From Myxococcota bacterium (GTDB taxonomy: Bacteria > Myxococcota_A > Polyangia > Polyangiales > Houyiibacteriaceae), in NCBI GenBank assembly GCA_039030515.1, contig JBCCEA010000052.1:1-23068 (forward strand): a stretch of DNA of 23,068 nt, read 5' to 3'. The position numbers and the translations under genes were made by a program. A model generated the notes under the pieces. It was given only the letters and a program-made list of their open reading frames with translations, searched no databases and had not been told where the DNA came from. The stretch's first letter is position 1; every line of letters starts with the position of its first letter. Shown here piece after piece: positions 1-7,529 of this stretch.

Positions 1-347
1 ATGCCCGAAAACGCATCGCTTCCCCTCGGCGTCGTCGGCGTCGCTCCCTTCGGCGCGGGCAGATCCGGCAGATCCATGCCCGAAAACGCATCGCCTCCCT
101 TCGGCGTCGTCGACGTCGCTCCCTTCGGCGCGGGCAGGTCCATGCCCGAAAACGCATCGCCTCCCTTCGGCGTCGTCGGCGTCGCTCCCTTCGGCGCGGG
201 CAGGTCCATGCCCGAAAACGCATCGCTTCCCCTCGGCGTCGTCGGCGTCGCTCCCTTCGGCGCGGGCAGATCCGGCAGATCCATGCCCGAAAACGCATCG
301 CCTCCCCTCGGCGTCGTCGGCGTCGCTCCCTTCGGCGCGGGCAGATC
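1..347. repeat. Intragenic tandem repeat, 66/75-bp units, at least 5 copies
   Basis: atgcccgaaaacgcatcg recurs at 1, 76, 142, 208 and 283. The 75-bp units carry an extra 9 bp (DLP duplication). Confidence 0.95.
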
Positions 348-806
348 GAGCCGCTCAAACGCCGTGGTTTGGTCGGAAAGACCGTCTTCAATGAAGTCCG
401 CCTCAGACAAGGTCGGGGGAGCCTCAAACCTTTTGGCCGGTCCAGCGACCGGAGCAGGCAGATCCACTTCGCCTGCGCCCCACATCTGGGTAGACCCGGA
501 GATCGCTCTCAAGCGCCCTTCATTCTTCGGCAGGGGGACGGCAGGGGGACCCGCATTCAAAATTCCGCCGCGAGGCCCTTTAGGAACTGGGGGCGGCGGT
601 GGACGTCGATCCGCAGAAGCCACCGCAGGTTTTAAGCTGGATCCAGACGTCTCTTCGGCACCCGCTGCAGAGTGAACAACTCCTCCGGGCCCGACATGAA
701 AAGATTCGCCGCAACTTGGGCAGCGCATCTTCAAACCCTTCGCAGGTAGTCGCCTTGGATCGAGGTCGTACGAAGAGGCACAGGAGGGACACGCCACCTT
801 GATCAT
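1..806 (-). CDS. MJ0042-family zinc-ribbon domain protein with Pro-rich DLPAP repeats (5' part only, runs off the left edge)
   Basis: Manual translation from ATG at 806: MIKVACPSCASSYDLDPRRLPAKGLKMRCPSCGESFHV (CxxC...CxxC MJ0042-type finger). The frame stays open to base 1 and encodes repeated DLPAPKGATPTTPxGxDAFSGM. It is missing from the ORF track because there is no stop in the window. Confidence 0.85.
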   Translation of the reverse strand, partial: MIKVACPSCASSYDLDPRRLPAKGLKMRCPSCGESFHVGPGGVVHSAAGAEETSGSSLKPAVASADRRPPPPPVPKGPRGGILNAGPPAVPLPKNEGRLRAISGSTQMWGAGEVDLPAPVAGPAKRFEAPPTLSEADFIEDGLSDQTTAFERLDLPAPKGATPTTPRGGDAFSGMDLPDLPAPKGATPTTPRGSDAFSGMDLPAPKGATPTTPKGGDAFSGMDLPAPKGATSTTPKGGDAFSGMDLPDLPAPKGATPTTPRGSDAFSG

Positions 807-1006
807 GGGAACCAAAACTCTCCACGGGTTCGTACAGCCAAATTCTGTGCTGGCGAAGCTAGGCTATCACGTCAGCGCTGTCGTTTGGTGATCCGAAAAA
901 AGGTTCTTCCCAGAAGAAAACGCCGTTGCCTCCCCGTAAACCCTGAAAATACAAACCTTCTTTTGCTCTTCTCGCGACTTTGCCGCGGTCAATCCTCGCC
1001 GGTTGC

Positions 1007-1036
1007 TTGACGGTGACCCGAAGGCATCATTACCGT
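1007..1036 (+). promoter_or_regulatory. Possible sigma70-type promoter for zapA
   Basis: TTGACG (1007-1012), 18-bp spacer, TACCGT (1031-1036), about 10 nt before GTG 1046. Confidence 0.35.
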
Positions 1037-1045
1037 GTTGCTGCT

Positions 1046-1372
1046 GTGAGACGTCCCGTCACCCTTCAAATCGCCGGCGCGAAGTACCGCATGACCGCCG
1101 ACACCGATGAAGCACATCTCCAACGACTCGCGAGTTCGATCAATGACCGCATCGATGCCCTAGGACCTACGGCGGCACGAGCGGGTTCCCCAGCGCAACT
1201 TCTAGCGGTTGTCGCGTTGAGCCTGGCAGACGATTTGGAAGTCTGTGAGAAAAAATTGGTCAAACTGGAAGAAACGACCCGCAGCGTGATCGAGGATACG
1301 ATCGCCCGCATCGACCGAAGGCTCAGCGCTGAGCACACCGAGCATACCGAGCATACCGAGCCGCATGACTGA
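1046..1372 (+). CDS. zapA: Cell division protein ZapA
   Basis: VTLQIAGAKYRM...EAHLQRLASSINDRI...LLAVVALSLADDL followed by a coiled coil; adjacent to 5-formyl-THF cyclo-ligase as usual. GTG 1046 preferred over the track's TTG 980. Confidence 0.88.
   Translation: MRRPVTLQIAGAKYRMTADTDEAHLQRLASSINDRIDALGPTAARAGSPAQLLAVVALSLADDLEVCEKKLVKLEETTRSVIEDTIARIDRRLSAEHTEHTEHTEPHD
1331..1361. repeat. 9-bp tandem repeat (EHT x3) in the ZapA tail
   Basis: gagcacacc gagcatacc gagcatacc gagc. Confidence 0.85.
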
Positions 1373-2006
1373 ACGCCCCGGAGTGAAGCACACGTCGCGA
1401 TCGAAGACTGAGCCGCTCGACGCTGCTGCAGAGCAGCTGAGAGCCTCTCTCAAGCAGATCCTCAGAAAAAAAATGAAGGCGGTCCGGCGCCAAATTCCGG
1501 AGTCGGCACGACGCGATCGGGAGCGTCGATTGTATCTCCGGCTGGACGAACTCGACGAAGTTCAAAGCGCGCGAAGCATCGGGGCCTACCTGGCCGTTCG
1601 TTCAGAGCTCGACCTCAAACCGTGGATGCAGCAGCAAACGGGGAACATCGAGTTTGCGATACCTAGAGTTGTTCCTGAAACCGGCGCGCTGTGCTTTCAC
1701 GAGTGGAACGAAAACCAAGTGAGCAGCGGCGCCTTTGGCATCGAGGAGCCTTCTCAGCACACCCCGCAGATCGATGTCTCGACGCTCGATGTGCTCTTGG
1801 TGCCCGGTCTTGCTTTTGATGAGGCAGGACACCGGATCGGCTGGGGCAAAGGGTACTACGATCGACTACTGAGCAAACCCCTGCGGGCGTTTACCGTGGG
1901 CGTCTCGTTCGATTTCCAGCTGGTCGCTGAAGTCCCCACCCTGCCTTCCGACATGCCGGTGGACGCGATTGTGACCGGCCAGCGCGTGATCCGGTGTGCC
2001 GGGTAG
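1365..2006 (+). CDS. ygfA: 5-formyltetrahydrofolate cyclo-ligase
   Basis: KxxLRKxM N-terminus, GAFGIEEP, DVLLVPGLAFDEAGHRIGWGKGYYDR signature, DMPVDAIVT. Confidence 0.95.
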   Translation: MTERPGVKHTSRSKTEPLDAAAEQLRASLKQILRKKMKAVRRQIPESARRDRERRLYLRLDELDEVQSARSIGAYLAVRSELDLKPWMQQQTGNIEFAIPRVVPETGALCFHEWNENQVSSGAFGIEEPSQHTPQIDVSTLDVLLVPGLAFDEAGHRIGWGKGYYDRLLSKPLRAFTVGVSFDFQLVAEVPTLPSDMPVDAIVTGQRVIRCAG

Positions 2007-2010
2007 TCCG

Positions 2011-3510
2011 GTGTCGGGACGCATCCTGATCATCGACGACGATGTAGGCTTCTCGCGGGCTCTTGGTCGGCACCTTCGGCGTCACGGTCACGAAACGATT
2101 GCGTGCGGGTCGGCGGAGGAGGCGAGCGAACTGATCTCGAAAGCCGACGCAGACGTCATCCTTGTCGATTGGCAGCTACCCGACCAGGACGGCCTCGGGC
2201 TTTTGGCCAAGCTCCGGCCCAGTGCGGCAAGCGCGGTATTCATCATGGCCACCGCGTATCCAGACCTGGAAATCGCGGTGGAAGCCATGCGCCGAGGCGC
2301 ATTTGACTACGTGTCGAAGGCCTCGGAGTTGGAAGAGTGCGTGATGCGGATCGAGCGCGGGGTGGAAGTTGCGCTCATGCGTCGGCGCATGGCTGAAGCG
2401 AGCCAGTTCCAAGATTCGGGTGCCGGAGTGCGGCTTATCGGCGATAGCGGCGCGGTCAATCGACTGAGGATGCGCCTCGCAGCACTTCCGGGGGCCGACG
2501 ACACGACCGTGGCGATACGGGGAGAGACGGGCACGGGCAAAGGCGTCATCGCGCGCTTGATCCACGCTCATTCAGGTCGCGCCTACGAACCGATGGTGGC
2601 GGTCGACTGCACGACAATTCCGGCAAACTTGATCGAAAGCGAGTTGTTTGGTCACGAAAAAGGAGCGTTTACCGGTGCGACGGGCTCGAAGATGGGTCGC
2701 GTCGAGGCTGCCGGTCGGGGCACCTTGTTCATCGATGAAATCGGAGAGCTACCGCTTCCGATGCAGGCCAAACTTCTGCGTCTATTAGAGGAGCGAGAGT
2801 ACTCCAGAGTCGGGAGCACCAAGACGCGCAAAGTTCAAGCGCGCATCATCACCGCGACCAATCGGGACCTCGAGCAGCTGGTGGCTGACGGCAGATTTCG
2901 TGCGGACCTGCGGTACCGACTCGAGGTGTTTGTGGTCGAAACCCCACCGCTACGCGATCGCAGCAAAGACGTCCTGCTGCTGGCGGCGCACTTCGCCGAG
3001 GACCACGCTCGCGCACTTGGACGCGCCTCACCGAAGCTGCACCCAGCCGTTGTCGAGGCCCTGCAAAGCTATCGATTTCCCGGCAACGTAAGAGAACTGA
3101 AAAACATGATCGAACAGGCGATCCTGCTCGCCAACAGCGAAGAGCTCACGCTCGCCGAGTTTCCCGTGCTCAGCCGGCAGTCGGCAGAATCGCATAGATT
3201 CCGCCCCAAAGAGGTGCAGTCCGCCGGCGAACAGATCCTCGACGTTTCGAGGCATAGCGAGCCGGCTCGTCCTGCCCTTGACTCGAGTGCTCTTGGCGCC
3301 ATGGAGCAAAAGCCGGAAGCGCTCGAGCAGGCCACTGCGCAGCCAATTCAGAGTCTGGCTTCGATTCGACGCAAGGCGAGCGAGACCGAGGCACAACGAC
3401 TCGGAGAAGCCCTGAGCGCAGCAAACGGCAATGTCTCGGCCGCTGCACGTGCACTCGGTCTTTCCCGCCACCAGCTGATGAGAAGACTTCGTAAGTACGG
3501 CATGACGTGA
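2011..3510 (+). CDS. Sigma54-dependent response regulator (REC-AAA+-Fis HTH, NtrC/AtoC family)
   Basis: REC (IIDDD, LVDWQLP), Walker A GETGTGKG, ESELFGHEKGAFTGA, FIDEIG, FPGNVREL, C-terminal NVSAAARALG HTH. Probable GTG start at 2011. Confidence 0.95.
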   Translation: MSGRILIIDDDVGFSRALGRHLRRHGHETIACGSAEEASELISKADADVILVDWQLPDQDGLGLLAKLRPSAASAVFIMATAYPDLEIAVEAMRRGAFDYVSKASELEECVMRIERGVEVALMRRRMAEASQFQDSGAGVRLIGDSGAVNRLRMRLAALPGADDTTVAIRGETGTGKGVIARLIHAHSGRAYEPMVAVDCTTIPANLIESELFGHEKGAFTGATGSKMGRVEAAGRGTLFIDEIGELPLPMQAKLLRLLEEREYSRVGSTKTRKVQARIITATNRDLEQLVADGRFRADLRYRLEVFVVETPPLRDRSKDVLLLAAHFAEDHARALGRASPKLHPAVVEALQSYRFPGNVRELKNMIEQAILLANSEELTLAEFPVLSRQSAESHRFRPKEVQSAGEQILDVSRHSEPARPALDSSALGAMEQKPEALEQATAQPIQSLASIRRKASETEAQRLGEALSAANGNVSAAARALGLSRHQLMRRLRKYGMT

Positions 3511-3566
3511 GTACGGCACGACGTGAGGCCGCCTGAATACGGTCTCTGTGTTTGCGCCCAATCAGC

Positions 3567-3634
3567 TTGCGCGATCATGCGCGATCATGCGCGATACCAA
3601 CCTTTACTGCACGACAACGCTCACGATCGCGCAA
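3567..3634. promoter_or_regulatory. 10-bp direct repeats plus an inverted copy; candidate enhancer (UAS)
   Basis: tgcgcgatca x2.8 at 3568-3595. gatcgcgcaa at 3625-3634 is the reverse complement of ttgcgcgatc at 3567-3576. Confidence 0.5.
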
Positions 3635-3700
3635 TTCCAGCAAGAATAAATTAATCGCTCAAATCCTCAAAATATTTGAACATGTAGTAAAAATACAATC

Positions 3701-3716
3701 TGGTTCAACTCTTGCA
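3701..3716 (+). promoter_or_regulatory. Sigma54 (-24/-12) promoter
   Basis: TGGTTCAACTCTTGCA has GG-N10-GC with TTGCA. It is preceded by an AT-rich tract (~3641-3700) and followed by a GGAGGA RBS and ATG 3744. Confidence 0.7.
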
Positions 3717-3743
3717 ACCTCATGACTCGCAGCCGGAGGAGTC

Positions 3744-4430
3744 ATGAGCGAAGCGAGCGGAAGAAAAAGTGCCAAACTGGCGTGGTCCAACGAGGAGGCG
3801 CGGACCGCACTCGGAAAATACGAAGGTATCGTTCGAACCATGGCACGACGCCTCCGACCGGTCGCCGCGATGGGCCAGGCTCTCGACGAGGACGACCTGT
3901 GCGCGGAAGGTCGCGTGGCGGTCCTCGAGGCGCTCACCACCTACAAAGGCTTCGGCATCGAGGAGCAAACTTGGGTCCGCACCCGAGTGCGTCAGCGCAT
4001 GATCGACTCGATTCGTCGACTCGACCTGCGAAGCCGCGATGAAATGCGGTTGGCCGTACGACATGCGGCCGGACATACCGCGGGAACCAACGAGGAGGAG
4101 CGAGGCCGAGCGATCGCCGCACGCCGACTCGTTTCACTCGACTCCGCAGCTCCGGAAGCAGAGCCTCTGCTGCACCGACTTCGAGACTCACGGGCCCCAA
4201 ACGCCTGCGATCTGGCCTATGCTTCCTCGCAAAGAGACAAGCTCCTCGAGGCGCTTCAAATGCTGCCCGAACGACAGCGTTTGGCGATCGAAATGGGTCT
4301 TTTTCGAGGAATGGCGCTTCGGGAAATAGGCACGGTCATGGGAATCAGCGAGTCTCGGGTATGCCAGCTCCAAAAGCGGGCGGTGCAGCACCTTCAAAGA
4401 GCGGTTCAGGTCGAAGCCGAAGCGGCGTGA
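3744..4430 (+). CDS. RNA polymerase sigma factor, FliA/WhiG (sigma28)-like
   Basis: Region 2 DDLCAEGRVAVLEA...RVRQRMIDSIRRLDLRSR and region 4 LPERQR...LREIGTVMGISESRVCQL; region 3 appears shortened. Confidence 0.88.
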   Translation: MSEASGRKSAKLAWSNEEARTALGKYEGIVRTMARRLRPVAAMGQALDEDDLCAEGRVAVLEALTTYKGFGIEEQTWVRTRVRQRMIDSIRRLDLRSRDEMRLAVRHAAGHTAGTNEEERGRAIAARRLVSLDSAAPEAEPLLHRLRDSRAPNACDLAYASSQRDKLLEALQMLPERQRLAIEMGLFRGMALREIGTVMGISESRVCQLQKRAVQHLQRAVQVEAEAA

Positions 4431-4434
4431 GACC

Positions 4435-5481
4435 ATGTTCGGACGCGCCGACTACTCGAAGAACCCCAACGTGCTCGTCGTCGATGACGAGGGCCCGGTA
4501 CTGCGGGCGATGGCTCGCGACCTGCGTATTCTCGGCTACCACGCGGTCACCTCGAGCAGCTCCGACGTGGCGCTGGCGATGCTGCGGATGCGAGGATTCG
4601 ACGCGGTGGTGGCAGACCTCAACCTTCCTTTGGGTGACGGCGGCCTCTTCGTAGAGCATGCGGTGCGGTCGAGACCTGGAGTTCCCGTCGTCGTCGTGAC
4701 TGGCGAGGCTCGCTCACGTGAGGTGAGCCAAAAACTCGGCTGTGTTCCGGTCGAGGCGATCGTTCACAAACCCTACAGGCGAGCGGTGCTGGGAGGCGCG
4801 GTAGAAGCTGCCGTCACCCGGGAGCGTACCGGGGAGCATCTGTTGCGAGATCCGAGCAGCCGAACGCTTGCAGAGCGGGTGGTCTCCGAACTGAAACTCA
4901 GCGGCTGCGAGGACGAGCATACGCTTAGAAGACTGTGCCACTGGACCCAGCTACTCGCATCCGAGGCTGGACTCCGTGACGAGGCGATAGAGCAGTGTGC
5001 GCTCGGCGCCTTGATGCACGACGTGGGCATGCTTGGCGTTCCGCGATCGATTCGCGAGAAGCGGGGACCCGTCGGCGAACTCGCCTGGACGCAGATCCGC
5101 AGCCATCCGAGCTATGGTAGGGAGCTCCTGGCGAGCATCCCCTCGGTGTTAGGCGCCACCGACATCATCTACTGCCATCACGAGCGCTGGGACGGCAAAG
5201 GGTACCCTCGAGGACTGGCCGGCGAGGAGATACCCATCGAGGCGCGTATCTTTGCCGTGGTGGACGCGTTTGATGCGATGACCCGAGCTACCCCCTATCG
5301 AGAGGCGATGTCGGTGTCGGCCACGATCGACGAGCTAAAGGAGCAAAAGGAACGCTCCTACGATCCCGAGGTCGTCGACATGTTGATCCGCTGTACGGAA
5401 CAAGATGACTGGCTCGACTACCAAGACACAGAGCCCCGACAGCCTTCGATCAAGGATGAGCCCGAGCAAGCCCTGCACTGA
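4435..5481 (+). CDS. Response regulator with HD-GYP domain (putative c-di-GMP phosphodiesterase)
   Basis: REC (VVDDE, VADLNLP, HKPY) plus LMHDVG, HHERWDGKGYPRGLAGEEIP, VVDAFDAMT...PYR; starts 4 bp after the sigma gene. Confidence 0.93.
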   Translation: MFGRADYSKNPNVLVVDDEGPVLRAMARDLRILGYHAVTSSSSDVALAMLRMRGFDAVVADLNLPLGDGGLFVEHAVRSRPGVPVVVVTGEARSREVSQKLGCVPVEAIVHKPYRRAVLGGAVEAAVTRERTGEHLLRDPSSRTLAERVVSELKLSGCEDEHTLRRLCHWTQLLASEAGLRDEAIEQCALGALMHDVGMLGVPRSIREKRGPVGELAWTQIRSHPSYGRELLASIPSVLGATDIIYCHHERWDGKGYPRGLAGEEIPIEARIFAVVDAFDAMTRATPYREAMSVSATIDELKEQKERSYDPEVVDMLIRCTEQDDWLDYQDTEPRQPSIKDEPEQALH

Positions 5482-5603
5482 GCGACCACCTGCCTGTGCA
5501 AGCGTCATCGGTTGAGGAACAGGCGGCGCACCGCGAAACAGCCGCCGCGTAGGCTGAGCAAGCGCTTGCCGAGCCCGAGTCAACGCTTCAGGTAGCACCC
5601 GTT

Positions 5604-7460
5604 GTGGCCGCGTCCGAGTTCATTCGCCGTAAACTGGATACCCTGCCGACTTCCTGTGGCGTTTATGTATTTCACGGCGCGCAGGGCGTGGTGCTCTACG
5701 TCGGAAAAGCGCGCAACCTACGGAGTCGAGTCCGCAGCTACTTCACCCCAAGCACTTCGGACGTTCGAGCGTTTGTATCTCGCCTCGACCTCGAGATGGC
5801 CGATATCGAGACTTTTATCGTCGAGACCGAGAAGGAGGCAGCGCTTCTTGAAAACCAGCTGATCAAGCAGCATCAGCCGAAATACAACGTGAAGCTGCGG
5901 GACGACAAAGAATATCTCTCTTTGCGTCTGTCTCCCAAGGCGGAGTGGCCTCGCCTCGAAGTCGTGCGTCGTCCCAAGCAGGACGGGGCCTGGTATTTCG
6001 GTCCGTATCACGCGTCGTCGGACGCCCGAAAGACGCTGAAGCTGGTCAATCGATATTTCCAACTGCGGACCTGCTCCGACGCAGAAATGAACGCTCGCAA
6101 GCGCCCCTGTCTGCAGTATCAGATCAAGCGCTGTCCGGCTCCATGCGTACGGGACGTCGACCGAGAGGTTTACGACACCCAGGTGCGCAACGTGGCCCGC
6201 TTTCTCAACGGCCAGCATGAAACGCTGATTCGCGATCTAACCGGGCGCATGGAGGAGGCCGCACGCAGGATGGCGTACGAGGAGGCGGCGCAGTTCCGAG
6301 ACCAGCTCCGTGCGGTGGAACGAATGCACGAGACCCAGCGGGTTTCCGTGGTCAAGAACATCGATCAGGATGTGGTCGGCCTGTTCCGGCAGGGTGACCA
6401 AGCCGAGGTCGCGCTTCTATCGGTGCGCAATGGTCGGTTGGTGGGCGTTCAAACCTTCGATCTGCGCAAAGTGGCCATTCCCAACGAAGAAGTGCTCGCT
6501 TCGTTTCTGAGACTTTACTACCAGCCCGGTACTTTTGTGCCGCAAGAGCTGATACTGCCGGAGTCCTTCGAAGCCTTCGAGGGACTGCAAGCGATTCTTT
6601 CCGAGCAAAAAGGGAAGAACATGCAGCTACTCACCCCCAAACGCGGCCCTCGGATGCGGCTACTCGAGATGGCCGGCGACAACGCAAAGCATGCCTTTTT
6701 GGAAAAACGTCGGGCAGAGGAAGATATCGAACATCGATTGAAGCAGATTCAGGAGCGCCTAAGGCTGCCTCGACTGCCGCGTCATATCGAGTGCATCGAC
6801 ATCTCTCACACCGGCGGTGAAGACGCGGTCTCGGTCATCGCATGCCTCTACGACGGCGCTCCAGCCCGCAAGCGATACCGAAGTTTTCGCATCAAGGAGG
6901 CCCAGGGCGGAGACGACTACGGATCCATACGTGAGGTACTGAGACGCAGGTTTCGCAGGGGCAAAAGCGGCGAGCCGAAGTGGGACATGCCCGACCTGAT
7001 GGTGGTGGACGGCGGGCCGGGACAGCTGAATATCGCGAGCGCGGTGCTGAGGGAGCTGGAGATCGATACGGTCCCGGCGGTGGGCCTGGCAAAGGAACGG
7101 GAGCGCGTCAGCGGAGAAAAGATGGTGGATCGAGTCTACCTGCCCGGTCAGAAAAACGCGGTTGAGGTGCGCAGCAACGCGGCGCTTGTCTTGCTCAGTC
7201 TGGTGCGGGATGAAGCCCATCGGGCCTCCAACGTACTTCGCACCCGAGTAGCAAAAACACGAAAACTACGCTCCAAACTAGACGGCATTCCCGGCGTCGG
7301 TCCCAAGACCAAGCAAAGGCTGCTTCAGCAGCTGGGAACGATCGAAGTCATCGCGGCAGCCTCCACTGAAGAGCTGCAGCAGGCGGGAGCAAGCCTCAGG
7401 CAGTGTAAGGCGATTCAAGCGCACTTTGAGACGGGTCAAGAGGAACACGAGTTCGAGTAA
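5604..7460 (+). CDS. uvrC: Excinuclease ABC subunit C
   Basis: GIY-YIG (GVYVF...LYVGKARNLRSRVRSYF), Cys cluster, UVR domain, IECIDISH, PDLMVVDGG, RDEAHR, HhH GIPGVGPK. Confidence 0.98.
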   Translation: MAASEFIRRKLDTLPTSCGVYVFHGAQGVVLYVGKARNLRSRVRSYFTPSTSDVRAFVSRLDLEMADIETFIVETEKEAALLENQLIKQHQPKYNVKLRDDKEYLSLRLSPKAEWPRLEVVRRPKQDGAWYFGPYHASSDARKTLKLVNRYFQLRTCSDAEMNARKRPCLQYQIKRCPAPCVRDVDREVYDTQVRNVARFLNGQHETLIRDLTGRMEEAARRMAYEEAAQFRDQLRAVERMHETQRVSVVKNIDQDVVGLFRQGDQAEVALLSVRNGRLVGVQTFDLRKVAIPNEEVLASFLRLYYQPGTFVPQELILPESFEAFEGLQAILSEQKGKNMQLLTPKRGPRMRLLEMAGDNAKHAFLEKRRAEEDIEHRLKQIQERLRLPRLPRHIECIDISHTGGEDAVSVIACLYDGAPARKRYRSFRIKEAQGGDDYGSIREVLRRRFRRGKSGEPKWDMPDLMVVDGGPGQLNIASAVLRELEIDTVPAVGLAKERERVSGEKMVDRVYLPGQKNAVEVRSNAALVLLSLVRDEAHRASNVLRTRVAKTRKLRSKLDGIPGVGPKTKQRLLQQLGTIEVIAAASTEELQQAGASLRQCKAIQAHFETGQEEHEFE

Positions 7461-7470
7461 ACTCGGCCGA

Positions 7471-7493
7471 GCACCCGGCTTTTCAACGGGTGC
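7471..7493. terminator. Hairpin between convergent uvrC and glpD; possible terminator
   Basis: gcacccg-N9-cgggtgc perfect 7-bp stem; no U-tract. Confidence 0.4.
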
Positions 7494-7529
7494 CGCAGAC
7501 GACGCAGTGTTGACTCGGCCACGCGAGGT

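Noticed and set aside
1..675. 224-aa + strand repeat ORF
   Set aside because: Antisense shadow of the minus-strand zinc-ribbon gene, which has a recognisable domain.
807..1045. 6S RNA relocated upstream of zapA
   Set aside because: I could not see the long closing stem with central bubble, and the region must hold divergent promoters. A covariance-model search is needed to settle it.
5550..5603. LexA box upstream of uvrC
   Set aside because: Only a TTCAGG half matches the myxobacterial consensus.
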